From IMG/VR virus record IMGVR_UViG_3300009503_000033, positions 1 through 63,461 of that record: a DNA stretch of 63,461 bases. One strand, 5' to 3'. Positions 1-9,747 of the stretch are shown here, one piece after another. How positions within the stretch are numbered: position 1 is the first letter of the stretch; each line of letters begins with the position of its first letter. The position numbers and the translations under genes are program-made. Under the pieces are notes generated by a model. That model was given only the letters and a program-made list of their open reading frames with translations. It had not been told where the DNA came from and ran no database searches. The DNA comes from a virus. Its lineage: Duplodnaviria > Caudoviricetes.

Positions 1-123
1 ACAGAGTTATAACTTAGAAAATGTAAAGGGACATTTACAGAGGGTAGAAAAGAACTGGAGTAGGCTGTCTAAGGTAATGAAGTATGCTGTACCAATTGCT
101 ATGGGAGTAAATACTGTCTTTAC
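1..123. repeat. Terminal direct repeat (identical to 63339-63461); circular assembly overlap
   Basis: First 123 nt match the last 123 nt; the tape measure ORF reads in frame across the junction. Confidence 0.95.
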
Positions 124-1567
124 ATTGCTTAATCCTAATGTGTCTAAGTTAGGAAAGACCTTGTCAGTAGCTGGTACAGCATCATTTGCTGCTGGAATGG
201 CTCTTCAGGCTCTAGGGATAGCTTCTGGACCTATAGCGCCCATTTTAGAGGTAGTAGGATTGGCATTAAGTGCCATAGCACCCTTTATGCAGGAGGATGT
301 CAAAGTATCACAACCCCTAATAAAGGCACTGGAGGATTTGGGTTATGAAGGTGCTGAACTGTATGAAACAGCTGAACGTATTACTGGAGTATTCCAGTCT
401 ACTAAACAGACATTTGGTGACACCTTGGTGACTGATGAAGGTCTTACTAATGCAGGCAAGGCATTACAATATAGATTAGAGGAACTTGGCTTTGTTGGTG
501 AAGATGCAACGAAGATATTTTCTGCCTTGGGAATTAATTTAAATCAAACTGCTCAATTATCTTTAGAGCCATGGGGAAACACTTTCAACTACTTACAATC
601 ACAGCTGGACAAGCTGGGACAGACTGCTGAAGGAGCTATGTTACTCTTTAGAATGGCTCTGGAAAATGGAACTATAACTGAGCAAGAATGGCAGGCAATA
701 ATCAACACAGATGGCTATTTAAAATTATTGAATTCCTTACCAGACGCAGGGGTTCAGTTCATAGAAACTATGCGTACAGCATTGCTGACTGGTGGAATCA
801 CTAAAGATGAATGGGATGCATTCTTTAATAGTCCAGCTGCTGATGATACCTTAAAGAAGCTCAATGCTTTAGCAGGCTTCGCTCTATGGCAAACTAAGGC
901 TCTTCTGGACAATAAGATAGAGTATAAGGAATGGGATAGCTTCCTAAATACCAGTGATTTTTCTGCTTTGATGGCTCTATTCCCAAGTCAAATGACTGCT
1001 TTTACCAATACCGTTAAGACAGAGTTACTGCCAGGACAGGCTATTGGGAAGGACCAGTGGGATAGCTATTTAAAATCATCTAACTTTGATGCAGTACTTA
1101 AGGAGTTAAAAGACCCTATACTAATCAATGCTCTGACAGCTATACAGCAAACTATTAATTCCACTCCTATAGATTGGAGTAAGTATGCTAATTTATCAGG
1201 ATTGGCAACTGTCTTGTCAACATACACACCTCCTACCATTTCTGTACCTGTGAAACCATACTTTGACTTAAGTGGGTTATTGGGTGGAGTATGGAGCTTC
1301 ATAGCAGGAGCATTCTCTAATCTTATATCTAACATCCAGAAAATACCTGGTTATCAGACTGGTGGTTATGTGCCTACTACTGGATTGGCATGGTTACATG
1401 CTGGTGAATATGTCATACCCAGAGGCGAGTCCAGAACAGCTAACTTAAACGTTACAGTAAATATAGATAGAGCTTACCTAGAGTCAGAACAGGACATAGA
1501 GGCACTTAGCAGAAGCATATCAGAAAGGATAGCCGTGGAGGCTAGAAGAGGAGGTATCTTCTCCTAG
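1..1567 (+). CDS. Tape measure protein, 3' part (gene starts at 62443 and crosses the junction; about 820 aa in total)
   Basis: In frame with the ORF from 62443; Ala/Gly/Leu-rich helical sequence with periodic Trp; C-terminal GYQTGGYVP..GLAWLHAGEYVIP motif typical of tape measure ends; follows the tail tube and chaperone genes. Confidence 0.85.
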   Translation, partial: QSYNLENVKGHLQRVEKNWSRLSKVMKYAVPIAMGVNTVFTLLNPNVSKLGKTLSVAGTASFAAGMALQALGIASGPIAPILEVVGLALSAIAPFMQEDVKVSQPLIKALEDLGYEGAELYETAERITGVFQSTKQTFGDTLVTDEGLTNAGKALQYRLEELGFVGEDATKIFSALGINLNQTAQLSLEPWGNTFNYLQSQLDKLGQTAEGAMLLFRMALENGTITEQEWQAIINTDGYLKLLNSLPDAGVQFIETMRTALLTGGITKDEWDAFFNSPAADDTLKKLNALAGFALWQTKALLDNKIEYKEWDSFLNTSDFSALMALFPSQMTAFTNTVKTELLPGQAIGKDQWDSYLKSSNFDAVLKELKDPILINALTAIQQTINSTPIDWSKYANLSGLATVLSTYTPPTISVPVKPYFDLSGLLGGVWSFIAGAFSNLISNIQKIPGYQTGGYVPTTGLAWLHAGEYVIPRGESRTANLNVTVNIDRAYLESEQDIEALSRSISERIAVEARRGGIFS

Positions 1568-1575
1568 GTGAGTAC

Positions 1576-2010
1576 ATGGTTTTAACTATAATATGTAAGA
1601 GGTTGGATACTGGTGGGACATTAGATACTTTTACCTTTAGCATTTACCCTACAGAAATCAAGCGAGCTAGTGCTGCTGAATGGAGGGTTAGATTTCTAGG
1701 AAAGACATTCTTCCCCAGAGGGACTTGGTGGAAGAGAATTACAGACCAGCTAACCTTGACAGGTAGGCTACCTTGGAATGAGGCTGATGGACTTAGGAAG
1801 TTCTTTACCTATCCAGCTAGTCAATCTGATACATTTAATATAGCATATTATATAGAAGGAGCCAGTAGCTATGGCATAGCACCCCAAGAGAGGTGGGTAC
1901 CTATCCAGACTGTAGAAATAGCCAGTGACAGGCTATTCAAATATGTCGAATCTTCGTATATGCCCTATGCTACTTATAGGGTAGTATTACAGAAGGTAGG
2001 TGAGGGTTAG
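1576..2010 (+). CDS. Putative distal tail (Dit-like) protein
   Basis: Directly after the tape measure gene; size; GGTGA RBS. Confidence 0.5.
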   Translation: MVLTIICKRLDTGGTLDTFTFSIYPTEIKRASAAEWRVRFLGKTFFPRGTWWKRITDQLTLTGRLPWNEADGLRKFFTYPASQSDTFNIAYYIEGASSYGIAPQERWVPIQTVEIASDRLFKYVESSYMPYATYRVVLQKVGEG

Positions 2011-2040
2011 ATTTATAGGTAATCAGGATTATATAAGGAG

Positions 2041-2553
2041 GTGAGTAGTATGGTGGAAGATAAAGGTAAGATGAAGACTGAATGGACTATACTGAAGTTC
2101 AATGGTGACTATAAGAGCCTAGAGGATGCCTTAAAGAAGAAGGCAGAACCATATGAAGTGATAAAGATAGATGGCAATCTATTGCTGAATGAGGGCATAA
2201 ACACCTTATGGACCTTAGTATGTGGAGGTAGTGCTACTAACTTCAGTAATGGCAATGCCTACATAGGGGTGGGTGATAGTAATGCAGCTGAAAGTGCTAC
2301 TCAGACAGGGTTACAGGGTACTAACAAAGCATACAAGGGTATGGATAGTGGCTACCCTACCTATGGCAGTGCTCAAAAGGCTACTTGGCAGGCTACGTTT
2401 GGTTCTGATGAAGCTAACTTTACTTGGAATGAAATTACAGTAGCCAATGGTAACTCTGACAGTGCTATGAACCTCAATCGTAAGGTACGGTCTATGGGTA
2501 CTAAGGCTAGTGGTACTACTTGGGTTGTTCAGGTGTCTATAACCCTTAGTTAG
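2041..2553 (+). CDS. Virion structural protein (fibre-anchoring type)
   Basis: Gly/Ser/Thr/Asn-rich beta protein (YIGVGDS, ANFTWNE) preceding a large adhesin. Confidence 0.55.
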   Translation: MSSMVEDKGKMKTEWTILKFNGDYKSLEDALKKKAEPYEVIKIDGNLLLNEGINTLWTLVCGGSATNFSNGNAYIGVGDSNAAESATQTGLQGTNKAYKGMDSGYPTYGSAQKATWQATFGSDEANFTWNEITVANGNSDSAMNLNRKVRSMGTKASGTTWVVQVSITLS

Positions 2554-2562
2554 GGATGAGGT

Positions 2563-5475
2563 ATGGCTTGGCTAGAGGGATGGAGCTATAGAAAGCCCAT
2601 CACGGTTACTGCTGGTAGTAATGGAATGCCTAGTGACTATCAGGTGCTGGTTACCAATCCAATATATAATGAGAGCAATCTTGAAGGAAGCTGGCATTTT
2701 AATGAAGGTTCAGGTACAGTTGCTAAAGATAGCTCTGGTAAAGGTAGGGATGGAACCATCAGTGGAGCTACTTGGACTACTGGCAAGTTTGGTAATGGAT
2801 TACAATTTGATGGAGTAGATGACTATGTCCAGTATCCTAAAGCTGTCTGTGATGCTATTCTATCAGCACAGAAACTGACTATTTCTCTTTGGTTCAAATG
2901 GAGTACTTTAGCAACAGGCAAAACATTGGTAATGGGAGCAGACGGAGCAGGTTACTACCTTCATACTAATGCTTCTGATGCTAGTAAGATTGATTTTGAA
3001 ATTTACTACAGTGGTACTTGGTATAGACTCACTTCAGCTACTTCTGTAAGCACTGGAACTTGGTACCATATAGTAGCTACTTGGGATGGCTCAACTATGA
3101 GACTTTACTTCAACGGTGTTCAGGATGCTAATACCTTATCTCGTTCTGCTATGTCTGACAGAGCATCTTCTGGTGATAGAACTTTTAGTAATCTCTCTTC
3201 GGCTAATGCTATTGGAGGTATTATGGATGAAGTACGAATATATAGCAGAGCACTTTCTCCTGAGGAGATTAGGGAGCATTATTTAGCCAAAGCCAGACCA
3301 GACTATGAAGACATAAGATTCACTAAGTCAGATGGAACCACTACCTTGAGCTATTGGAAAGAGGCTGACGGTAAGTTCTGGGTTAAGGACCCTGATAGCT
3401 TGAGTGCTAATACGTCACACACTCTATATGTCTGCTACGGCAACCCGAGTGCGACAAGTACGAGTGATTTTGGGAATGTGTTTCCTGTTTTTAACGACAA
3501 CGCCGAGAGCGGAGTCCTGACGGACAAATGGACCAAATATGTAGAGGGAGGGACTGATAGTTCTGGTTACTCATCGGAGCAAGCCAGAAGTGGGGCAAAG
3601 AGCATAAAGGTGTGGAACACGGGTGGAGCTGGTTGTTGGACGTACGTTTACAAGACTCTTATAGCAACAACCTCAAGACGTTTTGTGGCTTGGTTTTACG
3701 ATACTGGCGATACGAGCTTGACAGCCAATATAGGTATTTTCAAAGACACAACCCCAACAACCGATGATTTTATTGCCAGAATGGGAATAGTAACATCAGT
3801 TAGTAGCTCCTATTACTGCTACGAATTAGAAGGTGGTAGCTGGGTAACTTCAAGCAAGGCGAGAAGTGTCGGGTGGCACAAGTTCCAAATCGACCTTGTT
3901 GGAGGAACAGTTAAAGTATATATTGATGACACCTTACTTGGTTCTCAAAGCACTTCTTCAAGTGCTCAAGATTTTGAGCTTCTGACGGGCGGGACTGGCA
4001 GTTCAGATGGGTTCTATGCCGATGATGTGTTCTTTGCTGCTTTAGTTTCGCCAGAGCCAACCACGAGTGTGGGCAACGAACAAGTTAACTTAACTGGCTG
4101 GCTCTATAGAAGGAAAATCACTATAGACCATACCAAAATAGACAGTGACTTGACAAGCTTTCCAATTACAGTATTTTTAAGCTCATCTAACTTTGACTTT
4201 AGTAAAGCAAGGTCTGATGGTTATGACATAAGGTTTGTTGCTAATGATGGAATGACACTGTTAAGCTATGAGAGGGAGAGGCATGACTCTTCTAATCAGG
4301 TAGCTGAGTATCACGTTAGAATACCTACTGTTTCTTCCTCTTCTGATACTGAATTATATATTTACTATGGTAATAGTAATGCTCAGGACATATCCAATCC
4401 TCCAGCAGTATGGGATAGTAATTATAAGGCAGTATGGCACATGGATGATTGGACATCAAGTACTATCAAAGACGCACGGGCTATCTATCATGGCACTAAA
4501 ACTGGAGTAAATGAACCTCAACAGATTGATGGTAAAATTGGTAAGGGTCAGAGTTTTGATGGAAGTAACGATAAAATAACCATTTCAGGAAACCCAATTG
4601 GAGTTAATTATACTGACCCATTCACAGTAGAGTTATGGATGAAGACCAATAGTGCTACAACATATCAATGGCTGTTTGGTAAGTATCAGGGAATAAATCC
4701 TTCTGGTTATTATGGATGGTTCCTTGCTGTAAGTGATACTGGTAAGTTAGTTTTTGTAACAAACAAGTCACAAATTGCTGATACACAGATTTATTCTGAT
4801 AACACCATTTCAGCAGCTACATGGTATTATGTGGCAGCAGTGCTTGACTCCTCAAGAACAATGAAAATGTATGTCAATGGTGTTCAACAGACACAAACTG
4901 GAACAGGACAAGATGGTTCACCCAACCCTTACAATACTAATATAGGATACAATCAATCAGGTAATAATATTTACTTTAATGGAGTCATTGATGAAGTACG
5001 AGCTTCATATGGAGCTAGGAGTGCTGCTTGGATTAAAGCTACCTATTACACCACCAGCAATAGCCTTTTGAGCATAGGCAATGAAGAGGTTCTCTTTACT
5101 ATAGTAAGTGATTCAGGAACTGGTGTAGAATCCATTGTGATTACCACCTCCATATCAATAAGTGAAAGTGGAACTGGTAGTGAAGTATCATTACTTTCTG
5201 CTTCATTGACAGTAAGTGAAACTGGTAGTGGTACAGATTCACCCAATATTACAGGTCAGATTTCAGCATCAGATAGTGGTTCAGGTAGTGAAGTAATAGA
5301 TAGTACGGGTTATGTTATAGTGTCTGAGGCTAGTGCAGGGAGTGATGCCATTACCAGAGCTGAAGCAATAGTACCAGTAGAAGACAGTGGCATGACATCT
5401 GATAGCATTAAATATATAAGGAACCCACCAACCAAGGCAGGAGTTCCTTCAGTGAGAGTGGTAAGGAGGAGGTAG
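2563..5475 (+). CDS. Adhesin/fibre protein with two DUF2341 and LamG (concanavalin-like) domains and a C-terminal repeat stalk
   Basis: W.YR..ITI and DIRF...DG.T.LSY DUF2341 motifs occur twice; LamG motifs (WYHIVATWDG, G.IDEVR); C-terminal S[DE]SG.G repeats. Confidence 0.85.
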   Translation: MAWLEGWSYRKPITVTAGSNGMPSDYQVLVTNPIYNESNLEGSWHFNEGSGTVAKDSSGKGRDGTISGATWTTGKFGNGLQFDGVDDYVQYPKAVCDAILSAQKLTISLWFKWSTLATGKTLVMGADGAGYYLHTNASDASKIDFEIYYSGTWYRLTSATSVSTGTWYHIVATWDGSTMRLYFNGVQDANTLSRSAMSDRASSGDRTFSNLSSANAIGGIMDEVRIYSRALSPEEIREHYLAKARPDYEDIRFTKSDGTTTLSYWKEADGKFWVKDPDSLSANTSHTLYVCYGNPSATSTSDFGNVFPVFNDNAESGVLTDKWTKYVEGGTDSSGYSSEQARSGAKSIKVWNTGGAGCWTYVYKTLIATTSRRFVAWFYDTGDTSLTANIGIFKDTTPTTDDFIARMGIVTSVSSSYYCYELEGGSWVTSSKARSVGWHKFQIDLVGGTVKVYIDDTLLGSQSTSSSAQDFELLTGGTGSSDGFYADDVFFAALVSPEPTTSVGNEQVNLTGWLYRRKITIDHTKIDSDLTSFPITVFLSSSNFDFSKARSDGYDIRFVANDGMTLLSYERERHDSSNQVAEYHVRIPTVSSSSDTELYIYYGNSNAQDISNPPAVWDSNYKAVWHMDDWTSSTIKDARAIYHGTKTGVNEPQQIDGKIGKGQSFDGSNDKITISGNPIGVNYTDPFTVELWMKTNSATTYQWLFGKYQGINPSGYYGWFLAVSDTGKLVFVTNKSQIADTQIYSDNTISAATWYYVAAVLDSSRTMKMYVNGVQQTQTGTGQDGSPNPYNTNIGYNQSGNNIYFNGVIDEVRASYGARSAAWIKATYYTTSNSLLSIGNEEVLFTIVSDSGTGVESIVITTSISISESGTGSEVSLLSASLTVSETGSGTDSPNITGQISASDSGSGSEVIDSTGYVIVSEASAGSDAITRAEAIVPVEDSGMTSDSIKYIRNPPTKAGVPSVRVVRRR
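5101..5410 (+). repeat. About six 18-aa stalk repeats (xxS[DE]SGxGx[DE])
   Basis: IVSDSGTGVE / SISESGTGSE / TVSETGSGTD / SASDSGSGSE / IVSEASAGSD / PVEDSGMTSD. Confidence 0.8.
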
Positions 5476-5476
5476 T

Positions 5477-7126
5477 ATGGCTGAACTTGAGGTCAATGCC
5501 AGTGACATTATGGAAGTGAATGTGCTGTCTGAGTTAGGTAAGATTACAGAATGGGTAGTCAGATTGAGGAATGTCAATGATACCTATACCAATGAATTTA
5601 CCATAGGAGATGATGTGGAGATACAGTTAGGATGGGAAGTACCAACTACAGTAGTAAGAGGATATGTTTACCATGTAGAGAGACTGGAGAATGATACCAT
5701 AGAGATTAGAGGGTTTGATTGGAAGGACTACCTAGCTGGACCTATAGTGAGCAAATCATACTATAATGAGGACTGGGGTTATATCCTCAAGGACCTAATA
5801 CAGAGCTATGCTCCTGCTCTGGATGCTAGTCAGATACAGAACATAGGAGAGACTACAGGTGGCTTACTGGAATACTATAACGTAACCCTGTGGGATGTCA
5901 TACAGGACATAGAGTCTAAGACTGATAGGGTAGTGAAGGTAGGACCAGATAGGGTGGTATACTTTGAGCCAGAGAGTACTTGGGCTAAGTACACCATTTC
6001 AGATGTGGATACTGAACAGGTATCCATTAAGAATAGTGCTACATCTGTTGTTAATAAAGTAATAGTTATAGGAGAAAAGGAACGCATATGGGATTCATTT
6101 ATGGAAGCTACCATCAGGAGTGAATATTGGTCTATTCAGTCAGGTAATTGGGAAACTACTCCTACTTTGGACCTCAAGCACAGTGGCAGTCAGAATGGAC
6201 TAATCTTTACTGCCATCAAATCATATGCTTCCACTGTAACTACACCAGTGAAACAATCTATAGAACCATATGAAGTCAGCATCTATGCCAGAACCAATGA
6301 TAGCCTGTCTGAAGGGTATAGATTAAGGCTATGGAATGATGGAACCAACTACCTTCTATCATTATATAAAGAGCCTAATGATGTACACCTAGCTAGTTAT
6401 ACCCTCAATAGCGATGAGGTAGGTAAGATACAGAATAAGGACTATATAATACTAAAGTTCAGTCTTAATAAGGAAGTAATTAAAGGCTACATAGGAGAGA
6501 CTGAACGCATTAGTGTATCAGATTGGACTTGGGAGTCTGGTAAGGTAGGATTCCTAGCTCCAGCTAATAGGGACACATACTTTGATTATATAAGGATAGA
6601 CACTGATACACCACTATACGCTATAGCAGAAGATAGTGAATCCATCAGTAAGTATGGAGAGAAGGCTGTAGTCATAAGGAGACCAGAGATTGGTCTAAAG
6701 ACACAAATTGAGGCTATAGCTAATGCTGAACTGATTAAGAGGAAGTATTCTGTCACTTCTGGTTCGTTGATAGTGGAAGGAGAGCCATCTATAGAACTTA
6801 ATGACTTACTCAAATTATATATCACTAGCCCTTATATTGATGGCACAGAGTATAGAGTGATAGGTATTGAGCATCATTATGATGATACTGGATACTATAC
6901 TACCTGTAAGCTGCAGGAGAGTATTCCAGCCTTGGAAGCAGTATTGAAGTACCTTACTACTGAACAGCTAAAGAAGGTATCAGAATTGACCATACCTAAG
7001 TCCGTACAGGTAGAGGACATCCTTCCATTGCTATCAGGCGATAGTATTATAGTATGGACAGAAGACAGTAGAATAGGACATAACAGGTTAGGATATGCCA
7101 AGGTGAGCAACTATGGTAGTGCTTGA
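5477..7126 (+). CDS. Tail hub/central tail protein with inserted beta-sandwich domain
   Basis: Hub-like motifs (IEIRGFD, VNKVIVIG, D.ESI.KYG, YRVIGIEH); position in the tail module. Confidence 0.7.
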   Translation: MAELEVNASDIMEVNVLSELGKITEWVVRLRNVNDTYTNEFTIGDDVEIQLGWEVPTTVVRGYVYHVERLENDTIEIRGFDWKDYLAGPIVSKSYYNEDWGYILKDLIQSYAPALDASQIQNIGETTGGLLEYYNVTLWDVIQDIESKTDRVVKVGPDRVVYFEPESTWAKYTISDVDTEQVSIKNSATSVVNKVIVIGEKERIWDSFMEATIRSEYWSIQSGNWETTPTLDLKHSGSQNGLIFTAIKSYASTVTTPVKQSIEPYEVSIYARTNDSLSEGYRLRLWNDGTNYLLSLYKEPNDVHLASYTLNSDEVGKIQNKDYIILKFSLNKEVIKGYIGETERISVSDWTWESGKVGFLAPANRDTYFDYIRIDTDTPLYAIAEDSESISKYGEKAVVIRRPEIGLKTQIEAIANAELIKRKYSVTSGSLIVEGEPSIELNDLLKLYITSPYIDGTEYRVIGIEHHYDDTGYYTTCKLQESIPALEAVLKYLTTEQLKKVSELTIPKSVQVEDILPLLSGDSIIVWTEDSRIGHNRLGYAKVSNYGSA

Positions 7127-7457
7127 AGGAGCTAAGGATTATATACTGGCTCTGCTGGCTAGAGAGAAGACAGGCATTAGCCATATAGGCATAGGGACTG
7201 GAACTCCTACCAGTAATGGGCTTGGTAATGAGGTAGGAAGGAGGTCTATTAGGGATGTAGTTGTACCAGCTACCAAACAGAGGATATTTGAGGCATTCTT
7301 TGAGGATACATATCCAGCTACAGACTATACTATAAGAGAGGTTGGATTAATAGGCAATGCTGGTAGTGAATATGTAGCAGCTACATCCATAGCCAGCGTA
7401 GTAAAAAGGAGTGGTATAGATAGCCTTATGATAAAATACAAACTATATTATGAGTAG
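7113..7457 (+). CDS. Tail/baseplate fibre-attachment protein
   Basis: SHIGIGTG..L.NEV.R and TIREVGL motifs typical of tail-fibre N-terminal domains. Confidence 0.55.
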   Translation: MVVLEGAKDYILALLAREKTGISHIGIGTGTPTSNGLGNEVGRRSIRDVVVPATKQRIFEAFFEDTYPATDYTIREVGLIGNAGSEYVAATSIASVVKRSGIDSLMIKYKLYYE

Positions 7458-7465
7458 GTGGTTAG

Positions 7466-7996
7466 ATGGTAGATTATACTACCGACCAATGGCTTCAGGT
7501 AGTTGATTGGCAGTCTATGGCTAGAGCTATAGGAGTAAATGGTGTATTGACAGGGCTACAGGTAAGTCCCGTATCTGGTATGAACATTAGTGTAGCTGCT
7601 GGTGAGGCTTTAATCAATGGTAAGAAAATAACTAAGTCCAGCTCTACAGAACTTACTGTTCCTGCTGCTAATGCTAACTACCCCAGAAAGGATATAGTGG
7701 TGCTAAATGACTCTGGGACTTTGTCAGTAGTTAGTGGTAGTCCAGAAGCTACCTATCCAGACCCAGACAAGGTAGGCATCTATACACCTATACCTAGACC
7801 TCCATCATTACCAAGTAATTCCATCATACTAGCTGAAATATGGGTACCAGCTGGGGCTACAAGCATAGGTAGCGATAATATATATGACAAGAGACACATA
7901 GTTGTGGACAAGATATTGTCCATAGAGTGTAGGACATCAGACCCAACAGGTAGTGAACTATGGGATGGGAGAATATGGCTTCGACTAGACCTATAG
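7466..7996 (+). CDS. Tail fibre/baseplate protein
   Basis: GLQV..GM.ISVAAGEA.ING, PRKDIVV, LAEIWVPAG..I.DKR motifs of minor tail proteins. Confidence 0.65.
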   Translation: MVDYTTDQWLQVVDWQSMARAIGVNGVLTGLQVSPVSGMNISVAAGEALINGKKITKSSSTELTVPAANANYPRKDIVVLNDSGTLSVVSGSPEATYPDPDKVGIYTPIPRPPSLPSNSIILAEIWVPAGATSIGSDNIYDKRHIVVDKILSIECRTSDPTGSELWDGRIWLRLDL

Positions 7997-8238
7997 AACC
8001 TCAATTCACCATAAAGAAGATTGAAAGTAGTATAGAACATCGTGCAGAGGGTCTGAAGGATAGCAATGGCAAGCCTGTTTCATTCAGGGTTATAGTAGGA
8101 GAAAGGAGAGGTGAAGCTACTATATACTACAGTGATGGGGTAGTAGAGAGGGTAAAGTATCCAGAGCAATGGAGTAATAAGGAAGCTGAAGATTATATAA
8201 GAAGCTACCATGGTAGGGGTGCAAAATGCCAAAGTTAA
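7960..8238 (+). CDS. Hypothetical protein in the tail module
   Basis: ORF fills the gap between tail genes; start uncertain. Confidence 0.5.
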   Translation: MGWENMASTRPIEPQFTIKKIESSIEHRAEGLKDSNGKPVSFRVIVGERRGEATIYYSDGVVERVKYPEQWSNKEAEDYIRSYHGRGAKCQS

Positions 8239-8915
8239 AGGTAAAGAAAGGTAATGTAAAGCACGTCAGCAAGTCACTGGTTACACCAGCAGGGTCTATA
8301 CCATTGAGAGTATATAGTGGAGGTAGTTCCTATGGCATTCCTTTAACCACATCTACAGCTACATCATGGTCTGATGCTTCTAATACTAAGCCATCAGAAC
8401 CAGAGTTTCGAACTCCTATCAAGATACAGAAAGGTAGTGGCTATTATATAAAGTCTGAAGTGACATATACAGATGCTGGGCATGGTGATGTAGCTCATAA
8501 TGACGTAGCTCATTCCGACAGTCATAGTAACTGGAGCAACCATTCTAACTGGAGTAATGTTCCTTCTTGGTCAAACAGTGGAACTTCTTGGCATAATGGT
8601 GATTGGTATGGTTATCATTATGATTATTTCGAATCACGTAGGACGGAAAATCTGTACGATTATTACTACCATTACGACGGTACAGTGAAGTATGACACAG
8701 CTAAAAGTAGTTACTCATGGAGTGCTGGAAGCCATGCCGACTATTGGGACTATGGAAGTGGAACTTTGAGAAGTGGTTCGGCTCATGGAGATTATACGGA
8801 CCATTCCGATGCTAGTAGCCATAGCGATACCCATAGTGATGTAGCCCATTCTGATGTATTGCATTCCGATTCTGCTCATTCTAACTGGTACAATATCTAT
8901 ACAGAGCCAATCTAA
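8226..8915 (+). CDS. His/Trp/Tyr-x-Asp/Asn repeat protein; putative radical SAM-modified tail fibre tip
   Basis: About 23 [HWY]-x-[DN] triads in two arms flanking an aromatic-rich core; last gene of the tail operon; converges on the radical SAM operon. Confidence 0.7.
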   Translation: MPKLKVKKGNVKHVSKSLVTPAGSIPLRVYSGGSSYGIPLTTSTATSWSDASNTKPSEPEFRTPIKIQKGSGYYIKSEVTYTDAGHGDVAHNDVAHSDSHSNWSNHSNWSNVPSWSNSGTSWHNGDWYGYHYDYFESRRTENLYDYYYHYDGTVKYDTAKSSYSWSAGSHADYWDYGSGTLRSGSAHGDYTDHSDASSHSDTHSDVAHSDVLHSDSAHSNWYNIYTEPI

Positions 8916-8916
8916 T

Positions 8917-9747
8917 TTATGTAACTCGAATTATGTACTTGTCTTCTGTATAGCCTGTGGTGGTAACACCAAGGAATAGGTTGGTATTTACCTGTAGTAT
9001 GCCTCTGTAAGCATTCCATTCCAGTGGCATGGATAGAAGTTTAATTAGCCATAGGTAAGCTTTCCTATCTATGCTTCTCATTGTATCTTTCCAATACCAA
9101 GCCATATCCTTGGTACTATTACACTGAAAGCTACAAGGTAAGTGAGAAGTCAGTCTGATGCCAAAGTACCTAAGTAGCTGATTACACTCCACATAAGGCT
9201 TGATGGTTATATAATGGACATAACCCTCATCTTCCATAGGTTCTGATACTTCCTTAGTTCCTGTAGCTATAGCTGCTTCCCACATAGGGTCTATCTTACC
9301 TCTTTTCCATCTGTCATTAAAGGCTATAGTACAGCACTCTGGATAACCTAACATCCTACCTACTTCTAAATGTACTTTATTGGAGTCATTAGAGGCAATT
9401 TTAAATTTCATAGCCGTATCCTTATCTCTAGCCAGAACTCCATATATAAAACGGTCTTGGTTAGGTGCTGGAGCTATATGCCTATGACTGAATCCTTGAT
9501 ACTTAGCCGAAACAGCTATAGGAAGGAATACCAGTCCATCAACAGCTATTCTAGAGAGAATATCTAGTCCATTATCCATATCTACGTGTATAGTAGCCAC
9601 ATCTCTATAGCCATTCTTGACTGTTAGGTATTCTGCTTGGGTAAACATAGAACTAATCCTATTCAGCCTATCTTGCCATAGGTTCTCTTTTGATTCAGTC
9701 TTCCATATTGTCCTAGTGAATGGGACTATATCCAATGCTACTTTCAC
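8917..9747 (-). CDS. Cys-motif protein (DUF483-like), putative radical SAM partner
   Basis: GRMLGYPECC and SHLPCSFQC motifs; 4-nt overlap with the radical SAM stop. Confidence 0.6.
   Translation of the reverse strand: MKVALDIVPFTRTIWKTESKENLWQDRLNRISSMFTQAEYLTVKNGYRDVATIHVDMDNGLDILSRIAVDGLVFLPIAVSAKYQGFSHRHIAPAPNQDRFIYGVLARDKDTAMKFKIASNDSNKVHLEVGRMLGYPECCTIAFNDRWKRGKIDPMWEAAIATGTKEVSEPMEDEGYVHYITIKPYVECNQLLRYFGIRLTSHLPCSFQCNSTKDMAWYWKDTMRSIDRKAYLWLIKLLSMPLEWNAYRGILQVNTNLFLGVTTTGYTEDKYIIRVT

Noticed and set aside
8560-8790. Diversity-generating retroelement target in the aromatic tip
   Set aside because: No reverse transcriptase and no template repeat differing at adenines were seen.
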